64,000 nucleotides of DNA from Syntrophales bacterium (GTDB lineage Bacteria > Desulfobacterota > Syntrophia > Syntrophales > UBA4778), in assembly GCA_963665615.2 (NCBI GenBank), contig CAXXQE010000008.1, forward strand, positions 372,001 to 436,000, written 5' to 3'. Under the pieces are notes generated by a model. It saw nothing but the letters and a program-made list of their open reading frames with translations. It had not been told where the DNA came from and made no database searches. Shown here piece by piece: positions 44,026 through 54,777 of the stretch. The position numbers were made by a program, and so were the translations under genes. Position 1 is the stretch's first letter, and each line of letters opens with the position of its first letter.

Positions 44026-44974
44026 AATCATCGATCAGATCGCAAGGCACCAACGCTTTTTGATCACGTCTCACATCCGTCCAGATGGAGACGCCATTGG
44101 TTCGGAATTGGCTCTTTACCATCTCCTGTGCCAGCGGGGAAAAACAGCGACCATTTACAATGAGGACGCCATTCCATCGAACTATCGGTTTCTCCCCGGG
44201 GCGGATGCCATTACGGAGACGCTCGGCGACACGCGACGCTTCGATGCGGCCTTTCTGTTGGACTGCAGCGAGATCGACCGTGTGGGCAGGGAAGCCGGCC
44301 CGATCGGGAGTATCCCGATCTTGATTAATATCGATCACCACGTCTCCAAGGGCCCCTTCTGCGAAATCGCCTGGAACGATGACCAGGCCAGTTCGACGGG
44401 TGAAATGGTCTATCGGCTTGCGGTCGCCATGGGCGCGGACACGAACTGGGACGTAGCGGTGAATATCTATACGGCCATCTTGACCGATACGGGATCTTTT
44501 CGTTACGCCAATACCGGATCGGAGACTTTTTCCATTGCCGCCGACCTGGTCGCTAGGGGGGTCGATCCGTATGCGGTTGCGGAGCAGATCTATGAATCCG
44601 TCCCTGTAGAAAAGATCCAGATGCTTGCCAGGGCGTTGAACACCCTTGAATTTCATTGGCAGGGTCGGATCAGTTCCATCTGTGTCACCAAACAGATGAT
44701 GCAGGAGGTTGGTGCATCTCCGGAACATACAGATAATTTCGCCGATTATATTCGCGCTATCCAAGGCGTAGAGGTTGGCGTATATTATACGGAGTTGTCG
44801 CCCGGACGCTTTAAGATTAGCCTCCGTTCCAAAGGAATCATCAATGTGGAACGGATTGCGAGTGCTTTCGGCGGCGGCGGGCATGAACGTGCAGCAGCCT
44901 GTCGAATGGAAGGCGACTACGAAGACATCCAGGAAAAGATCAATCAGGCCATCATGGCCAGCGGCTTACTATGA
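44006..44974 (+). CDS. nrnA: DHH/DHHA1 phosphoesterase (NrnA)
   Basis: HIRPDGDAIGS, IDHH, TDTGSF, GGGGH; GGAGG before ATG 44006. Confidence 0.9.
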   Translation: MNPILAKIIDQIARHQRFLITSHIRPDGDAIGSELALYHLLCQRGKTATIYNEDAIPSNYRFLPGADAITETLGDTRRFDAAFLLDCSEIDRVGREAGPIGSIPILINIDHHVSKGPFCEIAWNDDQASSTGEMVYRLAVAMGADTNWDVAVNIYTAILTDTGSFRYANTGSETFSIAADLVARGVDPYAVAEQIYESVPVEKIQMLARALNTLEFHWQGRISSICVTKQMMQEVGASPEHTDNFADYIRAIQGVEVGVYYTELSPGRFKISLRSKGIINVERIASAFGGGGHERAAACRMEGDYEDIQEKINQAIMASGLL

Positions 44975-45906
44975 ACGGCGTTTTGTTGATCGACAAACCC
45001 TCCGGCAAGACCTCCTACGATATCGTCGAGGTGGTCAAACGCGCGACCGGCATCCAGAAGATCGGACACACGGGAACTCTGGATCCCCTGGCGACCGGGG
45101 TACTTCCCGTTTGCCTCAACGAGGCTACGAAACTCGTTCAGTTCCTGATCCTCGAGCAGAAAGCATATCGCGCAACAATGCTTTTAGGCGTAGCGACAGA
45201 TACCTATGATATCAGCGGCACGATCACGGATCAGCAGGAGCCCCATGTCACCGAGGAGGCCATTCGCGCGGCCTTTGGTCACTTTCTTGGACGATTGGAG
45301 CAAAAGCCGCCCAGATTCTCGGCGATCAAACACAAGGGAAAACCCATGTACAAGTGGGCCCGGCAGGGGGTTGTACTGGACCCGCCGCCGCGAATCGTCG
45401 AAATTGAAAAAATCGATATCGTGGCTATTCACTTGCCATATGTCACCTTCGACGTGACCTGCTCCAAAGGAACCTATATCCGGTCCCTCTGCTATGATAT
45501 CGGAAAGTGGCTTGGCTACCCAGCATGCCTAACTGACCTGCGAAGAACGCGAAGCGGTCATTTCTTAGACAGTCAGGCCATATCGATTGACCGTCTGCAT
45601 GTGGAAGAACGTTACCATATCATCGAACAATCTTTAATTTCTATGAGCGATGCCCTGATGGATCTTCCATCGATTGTTTTGACGGACGATCAACTTGCCA
45701 GGGTAAGGAATGGGCGTGCTCCAATGCTTAATGAGGTACGGGAACGTTTCACAAACCAGGGAGCCCTTGAACCTGGCACCACCATGAAGTTGATGGATGC
45801 AAACAATAAACTGCACGCGGTGGCCCAGCTCAGGAACCTGACAGAAGGGGGCGGGGCGGAAGAAATCGGACAGGCAATAAAGATTTTGAGGGTTTTTAAC
45901 AATTAA
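44971..45906 (+). CDS. truB: tRNA pseudouridine(55) synthase
   Basis: GHTGTLDPLATG, CSKGTYIRSL. Confidence 0.97.
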   Translation: MNGVLLIDKPSGKTSYDIVEVVKRATGIQKIGHTGTLDPLATGVLPVCLNEATKLVQFLILEQKAYRATMLLGVATDTYDISGTITDQQEPHVTEEAIRAAFGHFLGRLEQKPPRFSAIKHKGKPMYKWARQGVVLDPPPRIVEIEKIDIVAIHLPYVTFDVTCSKGTYIRSLCYDIGKWLGYPACLTDLRRTRSGHFLDSQAISIDRLHVEERYHIIEQSLISMSDALMDLPSIVLTDDQLARVRNGRAPMLNEVRERFTNQGALEPGTTMKLMDANNKLHAVAQLRNLTEGGGAEEIGQAIKILRVFNN

Positions 45907-45944
45907 GGTATATATAACAATAATGAAAAAGAGGAGGTTCTGAG

Positions 45945-46214
45945 GTGGTGTTAGAAATAGACAAAAAAAAGGAAATCATTGGGATCTATCAAAAGCATGA
46001 AAAAGACACGGGATCTCCGGAAGTTCAAATTGCGTTGCTCAGTTCCAGGATTCAGTATTTAACGGAGCATTTTAAATCACACAAGAAAGATCACCATTCC
46101 CGCCGGGGCTTGCTGAAGATAGTCGGGCAGAGAAGACGCCTTCTGGACTACCTGAAGAAAAAGGACATCGAACGCTACCGGACGGTTATCCAGCAACTCG
46201 GTATCAGACGATAA
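45945..46214 (+). CDS. rpsO: 30S ribosomal protein S15
   Basis: [17 protein letters not shown]. Confidence 0.98.
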   Translation: MVLEIDKKKEIIGIYQKHEKDTGSPEVQIALLSSRIQYLTEHFKSHKKDHHSRRGLLKIVGQRRRLLDYLKKKDIERYRTVIQQLGIRR

Positions 46215-46255
46215 CTTCCCCACGCAACCCTAACTATTGAGAGGAAAAGAATCCA

Positions 46256-48385
46256 ATGGGTCAAGTATTCCAAACGAATTTCGCAGGGAAAGAAATTTCG
46301 CTGAAGACGAATTATGTCGCCGGTCAGGCCGACGGGGCCATTATGGTCTATTACGGCGACACCGTTGTCATGGTCACTGCGGTATCTCTGAAAAACCCTA
46401 GAGAAGGTGTGGACTTTCTCCCCCTGACGGTCGATTACCAGGAAATGTCATTTGCCGCAGGCAAGATCCCTGGCGGATTTTTCAAGCGGGAGGGCCGTCC
46501 CAATGAAAGGGAGATCCTGATCTCGCGAATCATCGATCGCTCCATCCGGCCGCTGTTTCCCAAGGGCTATTATCATGAAACCCAGATGGTCGCGACCGTT
46601 CTGTCGGTCGACGGGCTCCATGAACCGGAGGTCGCCGCCATGCTCGGCGCCTCGGCGGCCCTTGAAATTTCCGGTATCCCCTTCAAGGGACCCGTCGCCG
46701 GCGTCAGGGTCGGACGGATCGATGGGCAACTCGTCTGCAATCCGACGAGTAAGGAAATGGCAGACAGCGATATCGACCTCTTTCTGGTTGGAAGAAAGAT
46801 CCCCGCTGATAATGGCTCCTACGATATCAATTTGGTGATGCTCGAAGGCGGCGCCAGTGAGGTGCCGGAAAACGAAATCGTCGCAGCCATCCAGTTCGGA
46901 TTGGAATCCATGCGCCCCGCCATGGATCTGCAAGAGCAGATGCGCCAGGCCATCGGCAAAGATAAACGGCCAGTTGCTGAAAAGGAAATCGATCTCGCTC
47001 TGCGACAGAAGATTGTCGATATGGCTGCAGCCGGTATCCGCGAAGCCTACGGCATGCCGATAAAAGCCGAGCGGTATGGAAAACTGGATGAAGTCCGTCA
47101 GTCCGTCAAAGACGCCTTTGCCGAGGTAGAGGGCATTACGGCCATGGAAGTTGCCGAAATCATTGAGGGGTTGGAGAGCAGTATCCTCAGAACCATGCTC
47201 ATCAAGGAAAATCTCCGCGTTGACGGTCGTACCGGCAACCAGATCCGGCCGATCACCACGGAAACGGGGCTCCTTCCCCGGGCCCACGGCTCGGCGATCT
47301 TTCAGCGTGGCGAAACCCAGGCCCTCGCGGTTCTGACGCTTGGAACCTCGTCAGACGAGCAGCGCCTAGATTATATCTGCGGCGAGGAAATGCGTTCTTT
47401 TCTGCTCCACTATAACTTCCCACCGTACAGTGTCGGTGAGGCGAAGAGTTTGAGGAGCCCCGGCCGGCGCGAGATCGGTCATGGCGCTCTGGCACGTCGG
47501 GCGCTTCTCCCGGTACTGCCGACCCAAGAGGCTTTCCCCTATACTATTCGGATCGTCTCCGAGATCCTGTCGTCGAACGGTTCCTCGTCAATGGCCACAG
47601 TTTGCGGCGGTTGCCTCGCGTTGATGGACGGCGGCGTTCCCATTAAGGACATGGTCGCGGGCATTGCGATGGGACTGTTAAAAGAGGGTGACCAGATCGC
47701 GATCCTTTCCGATATTCTAGGCGATGAAGATCACACCGGTGACATGGACTTCAAGGTCTGTGGAACCAAAAACGGCGTCACCGCCATGCAGATGGATATC
47801 AAGATCGACCGTCTTTCGCAGGACATTCTGGCCAAGGCACTTGAGCAGGCCAGAGAAGGCAGAATGCACATTCTGGGAAAGATGCAGGAATCCCTTTCGG
47901 CGCCCAAGCCGGAACTCTCCATCTACGCGCCCAGGATTACGACCATCACAGTCAAGCCGGATCGAATCCGCGATGTTATTGGAACCGGCGGCAAGAACAT
48001 CCGTCAGATCGTCAGTGAGACGGGCGTCAACATCGATGTGCAGGACGACGGAACCGTCACCATCGCATCAAATGACGCCGACGCCGCAGCCCGTGCCATC
48101 GCCATGGTCAAATGGCTGACCGAAGAAGCGGAAATCGGTAAGATCTACATGGGCACGGTCAAGCGCGTCGTCGATTTCGGAGCCTTTATCGAGATCCTGC
48201 CCGGTACGGAAGGTCTCTGCCATATCTCACAGTTGGCCCCCGAAAGGGTCAACAAGGTCACGGATATACTCAATGAGGGCGACAAGGTCGCTGTAAAGGT
48301 CTTGGAAATCGACAAACAGGGTAAAATTCGGTTGAGCCGAAAAGAGGCTTTGGGCGCGACGGTCCCGTCGAACGGCTCACGCTGA
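46256..48385 (+). CDS. pnp: Polynucleotide phosphorylase
   Basis: IPGGFFKREG, RREIGHG, SNGSSSMA, GDMDFK, KH and S1 domains. Confidence 0.98.
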   Translation: MGQVFQTNFAGKEISLKTNYVAGQADGAIMVYYGDTVVMVTAVSLKNPREGVDFLPLTVDYQEMSFAAGKIPGGFFKREGRPNEREILISRIIDRSIRPLFPKGYYHETQMVATVLSVDGLHEPEVAAMLGASAALEISGIPFKGPVAGVRVGRIDGQLVCNPTSKEMADSDIDLFLVGRKIPADNGSYDINLVMLEGGASEVPENEIVAAIQFGLESMRPAMDLQEQMRQAIGKDKRPVAEKEIDLALRQKIVDMAAAGIREAYGMPIKAERYGKLDEVRQSVKDAFAEVEGITAMEVAEIIEGLESSILRTMLIKENLRVDGRTGNQIRPITTETGLLPRAHGSAIFQRGETQALAVLTLGTSSDEQRLDYICGEEMRSFLLHYNFPPYSVGEAKSLRSPGRREIGHGALARRALLPVLPTQEAFPYTIRIVSEILSSNGSSSMATVCGGCLALMDGGVPIKDMVAGIAMGLLKEGDQIAILSDILGDEDHTGDMDFKVCGTKNGVTAMQMDIKIDRLSQDILAKALEQAREGRMHILGKMQESLSAPKPELSIYAPRITTITVKPDRIRDVIGTGGKNIRQIVSETGVNIDVQDDGTVTIASNDADAAARAIAMVKWLTEEAEIGKIYMGTVKRVVDFGAFIEILPGTEGLCHISQLAPERVNKVTDILNEGDKVAVKVLEIDKQGKIRLSRKEALGATVPSNGSR

Positions 48386-48498
48386 TGCCAATCACATCTG
48401 ATTGTTAACTGTAAGGGGACTGCACTCGTCGCGAATGCAGTCCTCTGATCGTTTTAGCGGGCGGTTGGTCAGCAAAAATCGTTAATACAACAAGAACC

Positions 48499-48948
48499 AT
48501 GCAACATATTTCCATCAAAATAGAGCTGCTACCGCACCATCGGGATCTCCCACTGCCGCAGTATATGACGGCAAAATCGGCCGGCATGGATGTCCATGCG
48601 GCCGTAGAGAAAGAACTGATTCTGCTGCCAAGTAAAAGGGTAATGGTCCCTACCGGCTTGGTCATTTCTCTGCCTGATGGCTATGAGGCGCAGATCAGAC
48701 CGAGAAGCGGACTTGCGTTCAAGCATGGCATCACTCTTGTCAACGCACCCGGAACCATCGATGCCGATTATAGGGGGGAAATTTGCATCCTCTTGATCAA
48801 TCTCGGCGATCTGCCCTTCACGATACGTCGTGGGGACCGAATTGCCCAGATGGTCATCCATAAGGTTTGTCAGGCCAGTTGGGACATTAACGAGTCGCTG
48901 GACAAAACGGAAAGAGGGGCCGGAGGTTTCGGACACACGGGGCAATAG
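48499..48948 (+). CDS. dut: dUTPase
   Basis: [30 protein letters not shown]. Confidence 0.97.
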   Translation: MQHISIKIELLPHHRDLPLPQYMTAKSAGMDVHAAVEKELILLPSKRVMVPTGLVISLPDGYEAQIRPRSGLAFKHGITLVNAPGTIDADYRGEICILLINLGDLPFTIRRGDRIAQMVIHKVCQASWDINESLDKTERGAGGFGHTGQ

Positions 48949-48958
48949 GGCTCAATTT

Positions 48959-50131
48959 ATGACTTACAAAGTTCAGAAAACATATGCGGAAATCAATGAT
49001 AAGATCAGGAGCGGTCGCGTTGTTGTTGTAACGGCCGAGGAAATGATCGATATTGTTGAGCAGCATGGCGAGATTGAAGCCGCCAAGCGGGTTGACGTCG
49101 TAACGACCGGGACCTTCGCGCCAATGTGTTCCTCCGGGGCCTTCCTGAACTTTGGTCATTCCTCACCACGAATCAAGGCCAGCAGGGTCTGGCTCAACGA
49201 TGTCCCCGCGTATGGCGGCATTGCCGCCGTCGATTGCTATCTGGGGGCCACGGAAGTTGTGGAGGGAGATCCCTTAAATAGCGTTTATCCCGGAGAATTC
49301 AACTACGGTGGCGGACATGTCCTGGAAGACCTCGTGTCCGGCAACGTGGTAAAGTTGCGTGCAGAAGGATACGGAACCGATTGTTATCCCGCACGTAAAA
49401 TCGAACGGAACATTACCATTCACGACCTGCACGACGCCATTCTTTTCAATCCGAGAAACGCCTATCAGAATTACAGTTGCGCCGTCAACCTCTCGGACAA
49501 AACCATTTATACGTACATGGGGGTCCTGCGTCCAGGCATGGCAAACGCCAATTATGCCACATCAGGCCAGTTAAGCCCTTTATTCAATGACCCGTTTTAT
49601 CGAACGATCGGGATCGGCACGAGGATCTTCCTCGGAGGCGCCCAAGGATATGTTTCCTGGAGCGGAACGCAGCACAATCCGCATGTTGCGCGCAACGAGC
49701 ATGGGATTCCCAGATCCGGGGCCGGTACGATTGCAACGATTGGCGACTTAAAAAAGATGAGTCCTCAGTGGCTTGTGGGGGCAAGCATCCTTGGATACGG
49801 TGTATCGCTTTACGTGGGGATCGGCATTCCTATCCCCATTTTAAACGAGGAGCTTGCGCGCTCAACGGGTATCCGGGACGAGCAGATCGTCACCGGCATT
49901 TACGATTACAGCATGGACTATCCCAAAGGCGATCCGAAGGTCTTGGCCGAGGTCAACTACCGTCAACTCCGCAGCGGTGCGATTACCGTGCGCGGCCAAA
50001 AGATCGTAACGGCGCCGCTCTCCAGCTACTCGAAGGCCCTCGAAATATGTTCCATATTGAAAGAGTGGATCTTACAGGGTGCTTTCACGCTGGGCGAACC
50101 TCAAGAAACCCTTACAACGGTCAACGGCTAA
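48959..50131 (+). CDS. DUF39 homocysteine biosynthesis protein (aspartate-semialdehyde sulfurtransferase-like)
   Basis: KTYAEINDKI, VDVVTTGTFAPMCSSG, YGGGHV, NPRNAYQNY. Confidence 0.8.
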   Translation: MTYKVQKTYAEINDKIRSGRVVVVTAEEMIDIVEQHGEIEAAKRVDVVTTGTFAPMCSSGAFLNFGHSSPRIKASRVWLNDVPAYGGIAAVDCYLGATEVVEGDPLNSVYPGEFNYGGGHVLEDLVSGNVVKLRAEGYGTDCYPARKIERNITIHDLHDAILFNPRNAYQNYSCAVNLSDKTIYTYMGVLRPGMANANYATSGQLSPLFNDPFYRTIGIGTRIFLGGAQGYVSWSGTQHNPHVARNEHGIPRSGAGTIATIGDLKKMSPQWLVGASILGYGVSLYVGIGIPIPILNEELARSTGIRDEQIVTGIYDYSMDYPKGDPKVLAEVNYRQLRSGAITVRGQKIVTAPLSSYSKALEICSILKEWILQGAFTLGEPQETLTTVNG

Positions 50132-50314
50132 AGATCGCTTCAGCGAGATTCCGAGAACTTCATTTTCCCTGCTTTCCGTTGTGAGTTCAGTCACAAATCT
50201 TTGATATATCTAAAAAAAATATTGTTCCTCTCAATTTTTTCGTGTATAGCTACATTCGTAGTCTACGTTTCTTTTGTTTCAACGAAAAAATCCTTTAAAA
50301 TACAAGGAGTAATC

Positions 50315-50581
50315 GTGAAATTTGGCCGATATGTTTTTTTATTTCTGCTTCTCGGCGCCTTTCTCTTTGTATTTGGAAATAACGGCCTGATAGACAACCT
50401 CATGTTGAGCAAAAAGCTTTTAATCCTCAAAATCAGCAGCGCTTCACTGGCTCAAGATAATAGACAGATGAAGGGAGAAATTTCGCAACTTCGTGAAAAT
50501 TACAAGTATATTGAGAGACTTGCGCGTAATGAGCTAGGCATGGTTCGGAAAGGCGAACTGGTCTATCGTTTCTCTGACTAA
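50315..50581 (+). CDS. Septum formation initiator (FtsB/DivIC)
   Basis: TM, FGNNG, coiled coil, IERLARNELGMVRKGE; AGGAG before GTG 50315. Confidence 0.85.
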   Translation: MKFGRYVFLFLLLGAFLFVFGNNGLIDNLMLSKKLLILKISSASLAQDNRQMKGEISQLRENYKYIERLARNELGMVRKGELVYRFSD

Positions 50582-50707
50582 CGGATATTTTTGCTATTTC
50601 ACTGAGGGTCGTTCAAAACAAAGAACTAAATTAAAGTTAAAGCCAGACCTAACCGATAACCTTGGCTGGTAACGGGTGTAACTGTTAATCATGGAGATGG
50701 CATCCTT

Positions 50708-51784
50708 ATGTTTGATAAATTATTGCCGGGGAGAAGAGACGTCTTGGGTCTTGATATTGGCTCAAGCGCGTTGAAGCTGGTCGAGATCTCAGATTCACCC
50801 AATGGCTATGCCCTTCAGCATCTATCTCACTTAAAGCTGCCTCGAGGCGTGATCGTAGGTGGTCTGCTTATTGAACCTTCCATTCTGACAGATAAGATCA
50901 AGGAGATCTATAAAGCCTCCGGTCTCCGAACGAAGAAAGTCGTCACGTCCCTGTCAGGTCATACTATTATTGTCAAAAAGGCCACCTTTCCGCTTTCAGA
51001 AGAGGCGGAACTTCGTGAATTGCTCCACGACGAAGGCGAGAAATACCTTCCTTTCGACGACATCAAGGAAGTTGATTTTGATTTTCAAATCCTCGGTCCC
51101 AGCGATATTATGCCTGGACATATGGATGTCATGCTGGCCGCAGCCAAAAAAGGTATCGTGGCGTCTTACTCGGCCGCTATCGAAAATGCGGGGCTTAAAC
51201 CGATCATTATGGATGTCGACTCTTTCGCGCTCGAAACGATGTACGAGGCTAATTATGAATTTGAGGAAAATGAGATTGTCGTCCTCCTCAATATAGGTGC
51301 CAGTATTACGAATATCAACGTGATCAAGCGGGGTGGATCTATTTTTACCCGTGATTTTGCAACGGCTGGCAATTCCATTACCGAGAGCATCCAGAGAAAA
51401 TTGGGCGTCGATTTTGATGAAGCGGAGTTTTTGAAAATACAGGCCTCCGAAAATTCGGCGCCGCCGCCCCCCCCCCTGCTGGCAGATGAAATTCTTGAGC
51501 ATGCAGAAGGAATTGTTCTTGAGATTGAGCGGTCCGTCGATTATTTCCGATCTACATACAGTGGGGAATACATTAAGAAGGTATTTGTCGGTGGAGGATC
51601 CGCTCGTATTCCCGGTTTGCTGCCGGCACTAACGCATAGATTAAACATAGAAGCGGAATTTATGTCGCCTTTTCGCAATATTCGTGCCGATGCCAAGAAA
51701 TATGATAGTGCTTTTCTGGAAGAGATGGGTCCAATCAGTGCCTTGGCTGTGGGTCTTTCCCTAAGAAGAGAGCATGACCGATGA
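50708..51784 (+). CDS. pilM: Type IV pilus assembly protein PilM
   Basis: LGLDIGSS.LKLVE, MDVDSFAL, LAVGLSLR. Confidence 0.93.
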   Translation: MFDKLLPGRRDVLGLDIGSSALKLVEISDSPNGYALQHLSHLKLPRGVIVGGLLIEPSILTDKIKEIYKASGLRTKKVVTSLSGHTIIVKKATFPLSEEAELRELLHDEGEKYLPFDDIKEVDFDFQILGPSDIMPGHMDVMLAAAKKGIVASYSAAIENAGLKPIIMDVDSFALETMYEANYEFEENEIVVLLNIGASITNINVIKRGGSIFTRDFATAGNSITESIQRKLGVDFDEAEFLKIQASENSAPPPPPLLADEILEHAEGIVLEIERSVDYFRSTYSGEYIKKVFVGGGSARIPGLLPALTHRLNIEAEFMSPFRNIRADAKKYDSAFLEEMGPISALAVGLSLRREHDR

Positions 51785-52329
51785 TAAAAATTAACCTTCT
51801 CCCATACAGGGAAAAAAAGCAAAAAGCGGGTGTTCAGCAGCAGGTTGTTATCATTGCGGCAGCTTTGATCCTCTGTCTCGGCGTCATGGTTTTGCTATAT
51901 TTCTCAGAGCGATCTGCCACGGTTGATTTGCGTCAAAAGGTCAAGGCTGCTGACGCAAAACTTGCCTCACTCAGCAAGATCGCCGGTGAGATTGGCAAGG
52001 TGAAGGCCGACAAGGATGTTTTAGAAAAAAAGATCGCCATCATCAAAAATCTGGAAGCCAATCGCCTCAAGCCGGTTATCCTTCTGGATGATTTTACTGG
52101 CTTCATTCCGGTGGGACAACTTTGGCTTACGTCTCTTAATCTGTCGGAAAACGAGTGCCGCGTAGAAGGGTTGGCTCGGGATAACAGCAGCATCGCGCAA
52201 TTCATGAAGAACATTGAAAAATCATCGTACTTTAAATCCGTTGATTTGATTGCCTCGAAACAATCTTTGCTGGGCACCAATAAACTCCAGGCATTCACGA
52301 TCTCGTGCAGCTTTAAAAAAGGGTCCTGA
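51781..52329 (+). CDS. pilN: PilN
   Basis: MIKINLLPYRE. Confidence 0.92.
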   Translation: MIKINLLPYREKKQKAGVQQQVVIIAAALILCLGVMVLLYFSERSATVDLRQKVKAADAKLASLSKIAGEIGKVKADKDVLEKKIAIIKNLEANRLKPVILLDDFTGFIPVGQLWLTSLNLSENECRVEGLARDNSSIAQFMKNIEKSSYFKSVDLIASKQSLLGTNKLQAFTISCSFKKGS

Positions 52330-52330
52330 T

Positions 52331-52975
52331 ATGGCGAACATCACGTTGGAGGATATCAAAAAGCTCCCACCGCAGAAACAGGCGGCCATTGTTGTCTTGA
52401 TTCTCGCTATCTTGGGATACCTCTATTATCTCTTCCTCTTCCAGCCGCTTCACAGCGAACGTGTCGCACTGGATAATAAATTTACCGAACTGCAACAGGC
52501 CATTGTCCAGAAGGAGCGATTGGTCAAAGAGGTTGAGACGAATAAAAGAACCGTCCTGGCGCTTCAGGGAGATCTTCAATCAGCGCTCACCAAACTTCCA
52601 GACCAAAAGGAAATCCCGGGATTGCTGGCTTCTCTGTCTGAAGAAGGCAAGGTCTCCGGTCTGGAGTTTGTCCTTTTTGAGCCGCTACCGCCGGTCAATA
52701 AAGAATTTTACGCCGAGATACCGGTTAAAGTCGCTGTGAATGGGGGGTTTCACAGTCTGGCCACTTTTTTTGAGAAGGTAGCCAGACTGCCGAGAATCGT
52801 TAATATTACCGACATTACGATGGCAAGCTCCAAGGATGTCAAAGACGATAGTGGAAAAATAACAACCTCTTGCCAAATCAAGACATATATGTTCGTGGAA
52901 AAATCCGAACAGGCTACTGACAACAAAAATGCAAAGGCCAAAAATGCAAAACCCAATGCTGCGAAAAAGCCTTAG
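52331..52975 (+). CDS. pilO: PilO
   Basis: LPDQKEIPGLL, FYAEIPV, LPRIV. Confidence 0.92.
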   Translation: MANITLEDIKKLPPQKQAAIVVLILAILGYLYYLFLFQPLHSERVALDNKFTELQQAIVQKERLVKEVETNKRTVLALQGDLQSALTKLPDQKEIPGLLASLSEEGKVSGLEFVLFEPLPPVNKEFYAEIPVKVAVNGGFHSLATFFEKVARLPRIVNITDITMASSKDVKDDSGKITTSCQIKTYMFVEKSEQATDNKNAKAKNAKPNAAKKP

Positions 52976-53423
52976 GAAGTCTTTCATTGCAGGGTCATAT
53001 CTGTTGACGGCACTCCTTGTTTTTCCGTCCGTCGGATGGTCTCAGGACACTTACCGGATGGAGAGCTATCACTACAATGCAGCGGGCAAGATCGACCCCT
53101 TCAAACCCCTGGTGAAGGTGGAGATTCCCAAGAAAAACGCGATGGGGCACAGTAAGCTGTCTCCCTTGCAGCGCTCTGACGTTAGCCAGTTCAAGCTGGT
53201 AGGCGTTGCTGGCGGCGGTAACAAGAAGGTTGCCATGCTGGTGGATGCGAGGGGTAAGAGTTATGTTGTTTCCCCGGGAACGTTGATCGGTCCCTATGAC
53301 GGCCGCGTTACGCAAATTTTGGACGATCAGATCGTCGTCGAGGAGAAAAGGGCGGCAGAGGGCAAAAAGCCTGCTTTAAATCGGTTGACCCTAAAGCTCT
53401 ATCATTATGAGGATACCCCATGA
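52956..53423 (+). CDS. pilP: PilP (start uncertain)
   Basis: Y...GKIDPF, SPLQR.D..QFKLVG, G..IG...GRV; operon position. Confidence 0.8.
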   Translation: MLRKSLRKSFIAGSYLLTALLVFPSVGWSQDTYRMESYHYNAAGKIDPFKPLVKVEIPKKNAMGHSKLSPLQRSDVSQFKLVGVAGGGNKKVAMLVDARGKSYVVSPGTLIGPYDGRVTQILDDQIVVEEKRAAEGKKPALNRLTLKLYHYEDTP

Positions 53424-54718
53424 AAAGATATTTACTCCTTATCGCCGTAGTCCTTATTGGCGCTCTTGCCAATAGCGCTGTATCCTTTGCTGAGGATTCA
53501 GGCGCCGTAACTGAGACTGCTGTATCCCAACAAAATCCTGTGGTTATGAAACAAACCGATAAGTCGGAATCGGACGTTTTGCCTACCGGGAAGAACAACT
53601 CAAAAGAGCGTAAGGCCTATATAGGACACAAGGTCTCCCTTGATTTTGAAGAAACCGGCATTAGAAATGTCTTCAGACTGTTGTCCGAGATCAGCGGGGT
53701 CAATATCGTCGCCGGTGAGGATGTCAAAGGCGTCATCTCCGTTCACATGAAGAGCGTCCCCTGGGATCAGGCCCTGGAAACAATCCTGGAGACTAATAGT
53801 CTGGGTCAGAAGCGTGCGGAAAACGTCATTGCCGTCTTTCCGCTGGAAAAGATAAAGAAGGCGGAGGAGGAAAGACAAAAAACAGAAATCGCTCAAGGCC
53901 GGAAAACGCAGATCGCCATCGAGGCCAAGATCGTTGAGACAACAACCACTTATTCGCGGCTCATCGGCGTTCAGTGGGGGGGCGGTGCTAAAATTGGCTC
54001 GAGCTATGCGTATGGCGGCGGTAGCGTAACACCTACTGGTTTGACGGCCTATCCGGGTGGGATTGGCGTCGTGACGGAAACGATCGGTTCCTCTACAATC
54101 GGAACGGGGTTCCTGGCCAATGTTGCCACGAGTTACAGTTCCTCTCCATCCATCGGTCTGGCACTCGGCGGCTCGAAGGCCATGATCGACGCGCAGTTGA
54201 CTGCGCTGGAGGGAACCGGCGACGTTAAAATCATCTCATCTCCCAAGGTCACAACGCTGGACAATGTTAAGGCTTATATCAAACAGGGACAGGCCATCCC
54301 GATTGTAACAAGGGCCACAAGCACGGAACCGGCGAAAGTTGAATATAAAGACGCGGTCTTGCAGCTGACCGTAACGCCGACGATACTTCCCGACGGGCGT
54401 ATGTCGCTGAATATCATGGCCACCAACGATGCGGCCGATTACGCCACACAGACAGCCCAGAAACTCGACAATCCACCTATCAATAAAAGTGAAATGCAGT
54501 CAACCGTCGTCGTCAGGGATGGCGATACCATCGTCGTTGGCGGCATTCGGAAGCTCACGGAAAGCGACGGCGAATCTCACGTTCCGGGATTGAGTAAGCT
54601 GCCACTCATCGGCTGGCTCTTTAAATCCCAAAGTAAATCCAAAGATCTTCGAGAGATGCTTATTTTTTTGACCCCGAAAATTGTTGAGGATACGACCTCT
54701 CAGACCGGTAAACCCTAA
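53420..54718 (+). CDS. pilQ: Compact secretin PilQ
   Basis: VSLDF, VPWDQAL, QIAIEAKIVE, VPGLSKLPLIGWLFK, IFLTPKIV. Confidence 0.9.
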   Translation: MKRYLLLIAVVLIGALANSAVSFAEDSGAVTETAVSQQNPVVMKQTDKSESDVLPTGKNNSKERKAYIGHKVSLDFEETGIRNVFRLLSEISGVNIVAGEDVKGVISVHMKSVPWDQALETILETNSLGQKRAENVIAVFPLEKIKKAEEERQKTEIAQGRKTQIAIEAKIVETTTTYSRLIGVQWGGGAKIGSSYAYGGGSVTPTGLTAYPGGIGVVTETIGSSTIGTGFLANVATSYSSSPSIGLALGGSKAMIDAQLTALEGTGDVKIISSPKVTTLDNVKAYIKQGQAIPIVTRATSTEPAKVEYKDAVLQLTVTPTILPDGRMSLNIMATNDAADYATQTAQKLDNPPINKSEMQSTVVVRDGDTIVVGGIRKLTESDGESHVPGLSKLPLIGWLFKSQSKSKDLREMLIFLTPKIVEDTTSQTGKP

Positions 54719-54777
54719 ATACAGGTTGCTAAACAGACACGCTCTGGGGGATGAAACGAGAATGAGTTCGCATCTGC

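Noticed and set aside
48414..48446. Hairpin after pnp as an intrinsic terminator
   Set aside because: Stem is real but lacks a U tract; function not assignable
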